From the NCBI RefSeq assembly GCF_964204645.1, contig NC_134028.1, forward strand, positions 16,623,653 through 16,687,652: a stretch of 64,000 bases of DNA. The letters are read 5' to 3'. The notes beneath the pieces were generated by a model. That model was not told the origin of the DNA. It searched no databases and saw only the letters and a list, made by a program, of their open reading frames with translations. Origin of the DNA: Tubulanus polymorphus (lineage: Eukaryota > Animalia > Nemertea). Shown piece by piece: positions 58,791 through 64,000 of this stretch (the stretch's first letter is position 1; every line of letters starts with the position of its first letter). Both the position numbers and the translations under genes were made by a program.

Positions 58791-60540
58791 TTATAACCTT
58801 GGTTTTGAAAATTAGCCGCAACATCTTTCGCCAACTGGTCCATATTTCTAGAATTATTCTTTACCCCAGCGACGACGCTGGTTATTTGAGCATCCGCAGA
58901 CGACATATACGAAGTCAGGTCGTCTGAAATCGTTTTTATTTGCTTCGTATTTAGCTTTGCCATATTCTCCACGTCAGTGACGTGCTTCGAAATCTTTGCG
59001 AGATCCTCATCGGTCGCTAAGCCAAAGAGGTTTTTCATGAACTTTCCCATAAACAGGGCTAAAGCTCTCTTCGGGCGTTTCGACTTGGTTACCTCGGCTT
59101 TAGTTATAGTTACCGGAATGAGATCTCTAATCGTATTAATATCTATTGACTATCTGGCCAACCAATTCATTATGGTGATCCCTCATAGAGGACATCAAAC
59201 TGGTACCGACCTTACAAAGTTCATCCCCGCCTTTATTAAAATCACAGTCCGGAATTAAGGCCTTATATTTCGGCACTTGTAAAAAGGGGACAACAAAAGT
59301 ATGCTTCCACGTGCTCGCACCATTGTCTACCACACCGATTTTTTTGAAGTAACACGCCATATCCTGGGCGTATTACGGTCGGTCGCTAACGATCCCTGGA
59401 TAAAAATCATAACTAGTGTTGTCCCTGAAAAAAGGATCGGACACATTGTGAGTACAACGTAATTAGAAAATGGAACTTCTTCCGTCGTTTGTCCTTCTTT
59501 TGCCTCCGAAATATCTCCAAGGGCGTTTTATCAATAAAACTATAATCTTCGAACTCCCATGTGCAATCTTTCATACCATAATCCTTCCATTTGACCAGGA
59601 ATTGTTCATTTCCCCCCTTATTAAAACGCGATTTCAAGATCTTTTCTACCGTATAGATATCATCTTCATCTTCCAAATTATCACCGGAATCAACTGAATC
59701 GGATTGATTCCTTTTATCCGCTACGGGGTCAGGTAACGATTCGTTCTTATCTGATGGTACAATTTCATTCGATTGCAATGAACTATTTTCGGAATGTCAT
59801 TACTCTTTCTCGTATGAACGATTTTATAATTCACTGGCGAAGTCTGCTGTAATATTTCATAAAGGTCCTAAATAGTGGTGCACGAATTTCTTACAATGCC
59901 CTTTCGAGACAAAAGGGTTGTAAAGTCAGAATCAGGTTCCTTACTACCCGGATCATAATAGCCTTTCATACGCGCTTGCGCTTTATCGATATTCTGACTA
60001 GTTATCTCGTGAACGACCTTGATTTTGCTTACTACATCATCATAATAGTCCTTATAGGAACCTGTCAGATCAGGTATAGTAGGGAGCAAAGTCACATCGA
60101 TCGGCAAAACTGCCTTCCTGCCATAAATCCATTCAAACGGTGAATACCCAGTAGATTCGCAAATAGATGCGTTATGAGCAAACGTGATGCTAGGAAGGAA
60201 ATCTAGCCGATCTCTGATGTTTATCTGTATACTGAGACATAATGTTGCAAATATTTTTGTTACCTCGCTCAACTAAACCATCCGCCTGGGGATGATACGC
60301 AGACGTTCTGACGTTAGTCGCATTGCATAATTTGCATAATTCGTGTATCAATTTCGCGTTGAAATTCGCACCTTGGTCTGTTAATAAAGTTTTAAAACAC
60401 GAATGTACGCAAACTATTTTGTCAAATATGACTCGAGCGATGGTGATAGCATCAATTTCTTTTAATGCAAATGTGTGTCCATTTAGTTAAATATTCAGTA
60501 CACACTAATATATACTGGTACCCTTCGTATGATTTCTTCA
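58791..60540 (-). mobile_element. Gypsy LTR retrotransposon: integrase, chromodomain and 5' part of an F-like env, degraded
   Basis: LTDQGANF, TSAYHPQADG, FAHNAS..ESTGYSPF integrase motifs; YTVEKILKSR..FLVKWKDY..CTWE chromodomain; furin site RPKR followed by hydrophobic ALALFMGKFMKNLFGLA. Confidence 0.88.
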
Positions 60541-61091
60541 AAAATGATGCAAAACAGGGTTAGTTCTAAACCTGGCATGGCATGACATTTGGAATTTTTT
60601 CTTCGTTTTTCAGAATCAACTTATTATACTGAGTTATAGATAACCAGTATATTGATAACCACTTATATAACCACCAATAAAATAAAGAATTTGAATTGAA
60701 TTGAATCAGAGGGGCCACAATTACAGGTGGCGCCACAAGACGAATTCTCTCTTGTTTGCCTGGCCACGCGCTTCATCAACGAAGTTGTCGGTTGTAGACT
60801 ACAAAAACCTGAAAATATCGTGGAAAGTGCACGACGGGTCTGGGCATAAGAAGCTTGGATTTATCACACCCCCCGTCACAGTGCAGGTCCTTTCTTGAGA
60901 TTAGAAGTAAATCCAAAAACATGGAACCCCCCAAAAAAACTAGCCTGCTGGGTGCTGTGCTGAGCCCTGACCAGTGGCAGAGCCTTGTAAGTGTAGCTAT
61001 GTCTGGACCCGGCGTTGCAAGGCCTCAATTTAAGACTGAATTATCAAAGAAATTGAATTGATTTAAGAGTTAAACCTACATACAGGTCCGG

Positions 61092-61425
61092 AGTAATAGG
61101 GATAATAGGCTTTCAAATCAAAGGTCGAACGGTCGAGCTCATAAAAAATGAAAAACATGAAAATAATAACAATTTCTACTTGAATTAGTCGCGAAACTCA
61201 TAAAAAATGAAAAATAATTCTCACACACTCGAATTTATTTTTCATTTTTACTCGCTAGAAAAAAGTGTGAGTAAAGTGTGAGTGAAATAAATTCGAGTGT
61301 GTGAGAATTATTTTTTATGAGTTTCACTCCTAATTCAAGTAGAAATTGTTATTATTTTCATGTTTTTCATTTTTATGAGCTCGACCATTCAACCTTTAAC
61401 CTGAAAGCCCATTACCCCTATTACT
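61092..61425. repeat. Terminal hairpin (334 bp) of element D with an internally duplicated loop
   Basis: Outer arms are complementary; the centre has AATAATTCTCACACACTCGAATTTATTT and its reverse complement AAATAAATTCGAGTGTGTGAGAATTATT. Confidence 0.9.
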
Positions 61426-61584
61426 CTTAAAATATTCATATACATGAATAAAATATATATGAATAACATATAAATTGATAGATTATTCAATATAAAAGTG
61501 TGAGTGAAATAATTCATATTTAAAACCGTGAATATTTATATTTATATGCGTTGGATTCATTTTAATAAAAGTTTTGTTATTAAA

Positions 61585-62031
61585 ATGAAGACAGGAGAAG
61601 AAGAACCCAACTTTAAAATCGAAATCAATGAAACCAATAAATCATTTTCATTATTTAACATTAAAAATTATATTTCAGCAACAAATTTAGTGTCCGCAAG
61701 ACATTATAAAATCGATAACATAACTATGATTAATCAAATATTATCAAATGAAACTTATTTAATTACTGAACTAGTAGATACTTTTGATAATGGCGTTAAA
61801 AATCCTAAAATATTCAATACAGTTTTAAAATTAAAAAGAATTTTAGATGAAAACATAATAAATATTCTTAAAACTCCTTTCAATGAAAGAAATGATGATA
61901 TAATACTTTCAAAAGATTACAATGATTTGATTAACTTAAGAATTGAAAAAAGACAATTATATTATTTCAATTTTGATAATAAATTATCTATAATGAAAAT
62001 TCGTCAAATATTGGAATTCAATGTGAATTAG
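61585..62031 (+). CDS. Hypothetical protein of element D
   Basis: ATG at 61585 in the same AATAAAA-N-TTATTAAAATG context as pPolB; no recognisable domain; a HCYCGGKY..H...H zinc-finger-like remnant follows at about 62115-62180. Confidence 0.55.
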   Translation: MKTGEEEPNFKIEINETNKSFSLFNIKNYISATNLVSARHYKIDNITMINQILSNETYLITELVDTFDNGVKNPKIFNTVLKLKRILDENIINILKTPFNERNDDIILSKDYNDLINLRIEKRQLYYFNFDNKLSIMKIRQILEFNVN

Positions 62032-62251
62032 ATAATGAAAAATCATATAAAGATATTGTAGTTCAATGTAATTTAGATGATGAATTTAGAAAATTCAATC
62101 CTAATGAAAAAGTGCATTGTTATTGCGGAGGTAAATATTTAAAATCACATAAATCAAAGCATTATGAAACAATTAAACAAAAACTGGCGTAAAGAGTAAC
62201 AATTCTACATTCTAATTATTGAATTGGGTTAAATGATTTAAATATCTAATA

Positions 62252-63747
62252 GACTGTTAAAATGTTAAATTGTTTGACAGTTAAAATGATAAATTGTTTG
62301 ACAGTTAAAATGATAAATTGTTTGACAGTTAAAATGATAAATTGTTCGACTGTTGAAATGATAAGACAGTTGAAATGATAAATTGTTTGACAGTTGAAAT
62401 GATAAATTGTTTGACAGTTGAAATGATAAATTATTTGACAGTTGAAATGTTAAATTGTTTGACAGTTGAAATGTTAAATTGTTTGACAGTTGAAACGTTA
62501 AATTGTTTGACAGTTGAAATGTTAAATTGTTTGACAGTTGAAATGATAAACTGTTTGGCAGTTGAAATGATAAATTGTTTGACAGTTGAAATGATAAATT
62601 GTTTGACAGTTGAAATGATAAGACAGTTGAAATGATAAATTGTTTGACAGTTGAAATGTTAAATTGTTTGACAGTTAAAATGATAAAATGTTTGACAGTT
62701 GAAATGATAAATTGTTTAACAGTTGAAATGATAAATTGTTTGACAGTTGAAATGATAAATTGTTTAACAGTTAAAATGATAAATTGTTTAACAGTTGAAA
62801 TGATAAATTGTTTAACAGTTAAAATGATAAATCGTTTAACAGTTGAAGTGATAAATTGTTTAACAGTTGAAATGATAAATTGTTTGACAGTTCAAATGAT
62901 AAATTGTTTGACAGTTGAAACGATAAATTGTTTGACAGTTGAAATGATAAATTGTTTGACAGTTGAAATGATAAATTGTTTGACAGTTAAAATGGTAAAT
63001 TGTTTGACAGTTGAAATGATAAATTGTTTGACAGTTAAAATGATAAATTGTTTGACAGTTGAAATGATAAATTGTTTGACAGTTGAAAGGATAAATTGTT
63101 TGACAGTTGAAATGATAAATTGTTCGACTGTTGAAATGATAAGACAGTTGAAATGATAAATTGTTTGACAGTTAAAATGATAAATTGTTTGACAGTTGAA
63201 ATGATAAATTGTTTGACAGTTGAAATGATAAATTGTTTGACAGTTGAAATAATAAATTGTTTGACAGTTGAAATGATAAATTGTTTGACAGTTGAAATGA
63301 TAAATTGTTTGACAGTTGAAATGATAAATTGTTTGTCAGTTGAAATGATAAATTGTTTGACCGTTGAAATGATAAATTGTTTGACAGTTGAAATGATAAA
63401 TTGTTTGACAGTTGAAATGATAAATTGTTTGACTGTTGAAATGATAAATTGTTTGGCAGTTGAAATGTTAAATTGTTTTAGTTGAAATGATAAATTTTTT
63501 TACAGTTGAAATGATAAATTGTTTGACTGTTGAAATGATAAATTGTTTGGCAGTTGAAATGTTAAATTGTTTGACAGTTGAAATGATAGATTGTTTGACT
63601 GTTGAAATGATAAATTGTTTGACAGTTGAAATGATAAATTGTTTGACTGTTGAAATGATAAATTGTTTGGCAGTTGAAATGATAAATTGTTTGGCAGTTG
63701 AAATGATGAATTGTTTGACAGTTGAAATGTTAAATTGTTTGGCTGTA
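62252..63747. repeat. 24-bp minisatellite (about 60 copies), unit TTGAAATGATAAATTGTTTGACAG
   Basis: Direct tandem array with occasional 17-bp deletion units (TTGAAATGATAAGACAG) at about 62353, 62610 and 63131. Confidence 0.97.
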
Positions 63748-63865
63748 AATTTAATTGTTATTTGATTTAATCATTTAAAAGTTTAATATTTTAAAAATGA
63801 TTATAAAATATTTATATAAAGACTAGCAAATATTTTGTAAACTGTTTAATTTTTCTCTTAAATGA

Positions 63866-64000
63866 ATGGATGGTTTCATCCCAACTGGTAAAAGTGATTT
63901 GAAACATTATTTAGTTGCTGGAGGTTTAATATTGGCAGCATTATATTTTTACTATGAGAATATTTCAAAAGATTTGATGAATGAAAATAATAAATTGAGT
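63866..64000 (+). CDS. Partial ORF with an N-terminal TM segment (element D)
   Basis: MDGFIPTGKSDLKHYLVAGGLILAALYFYYENISK... is open to the window end; preceded by TTTTTCTCTTAAATG. Confidence 0.45.
   Translation, partial: MDGFIPTGKSDLKHYLVAGGLILAALYFYYENISKDLMNENNKLS

Larger units (their letters stand above)
61092..64000 (+). mobile_element. Polinton-related element D (same terminus family, different cargo; runs off the window)
   Basis: Starts AGTAATAGGGATAATAGGCTTTC; hairpin TIR followed by the same CTTAAAATATTCATATA..TGAATAAAATATA subterminal sequence as B and C. Confidence 0.8.

Noticed and set aside
62252-63747. Possible CRISPR array
   Set aside because: Units are directly adjacent with no unique spacers, there are no cas genes, and the context is eukaryotic.
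62375-63765. Four ORFs of repeated MINCLTVE
   Set aside because: They are translations of the 24-bp minisatellite; 17-bp units shift the frame freely, so there is no sign of coding constraint.
1-64000. Prokaryotic or free viral genome; rRNA or tRNA genes
   Set aside because: Spliceosomal introns, LTR retrotransposons and MITEs indicate a eukaryotic chromosome; no structural RNA genes were recognised.

Overview
AT-rich eukaryotic DNA, probably from an invertebrate, made almost entirely of nested mobile elements. Four related Polinton/Maverick (polintovirus-like) elements dominate. A (<1-11362) is decayed, and its protein-primed PolB carries an intact 355-aa LAGLIDADG intein at the catalytic YFD|TD site. 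B (17848-53328) is decayed and sits inside the F-like env gene of a chromodomain-bearing Gypsy element. C (30906-49708) is near-intact, has apparently identical 357-bp TIRs and an AACATA 6-bp target-site duplication, and is inserted into the pPolB gene of B. D starts at 61092, has different cargo and a 24-bp minisatellite, and runs off the window. A PIF/Harbinger transposon with interleaved genes (53648-58790), a Bel/Pao remnant, MITEs and non-LTR tails fill the rest. The most unusual signals are: (1) every Polinton end is a 188-334 bp imperfect fold-back hairpin, and one is in the inverted flip/flop state; (2) nearly every gene starts at a poxvirus-like T-tract or A-tract plus TAAATG motif; (3) the intein and an HNH nuclease resemble giant-virus proteins; (4) no adenain protease is recognisable, while membrane proteins are numerous. 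Together these suggest, by inference only, a hairpin-ended, virophage-like polintovirus family linked to a large cytoplasmic DNA virus. No database searches or alignments were run; family calls come from motif recognition by eye.
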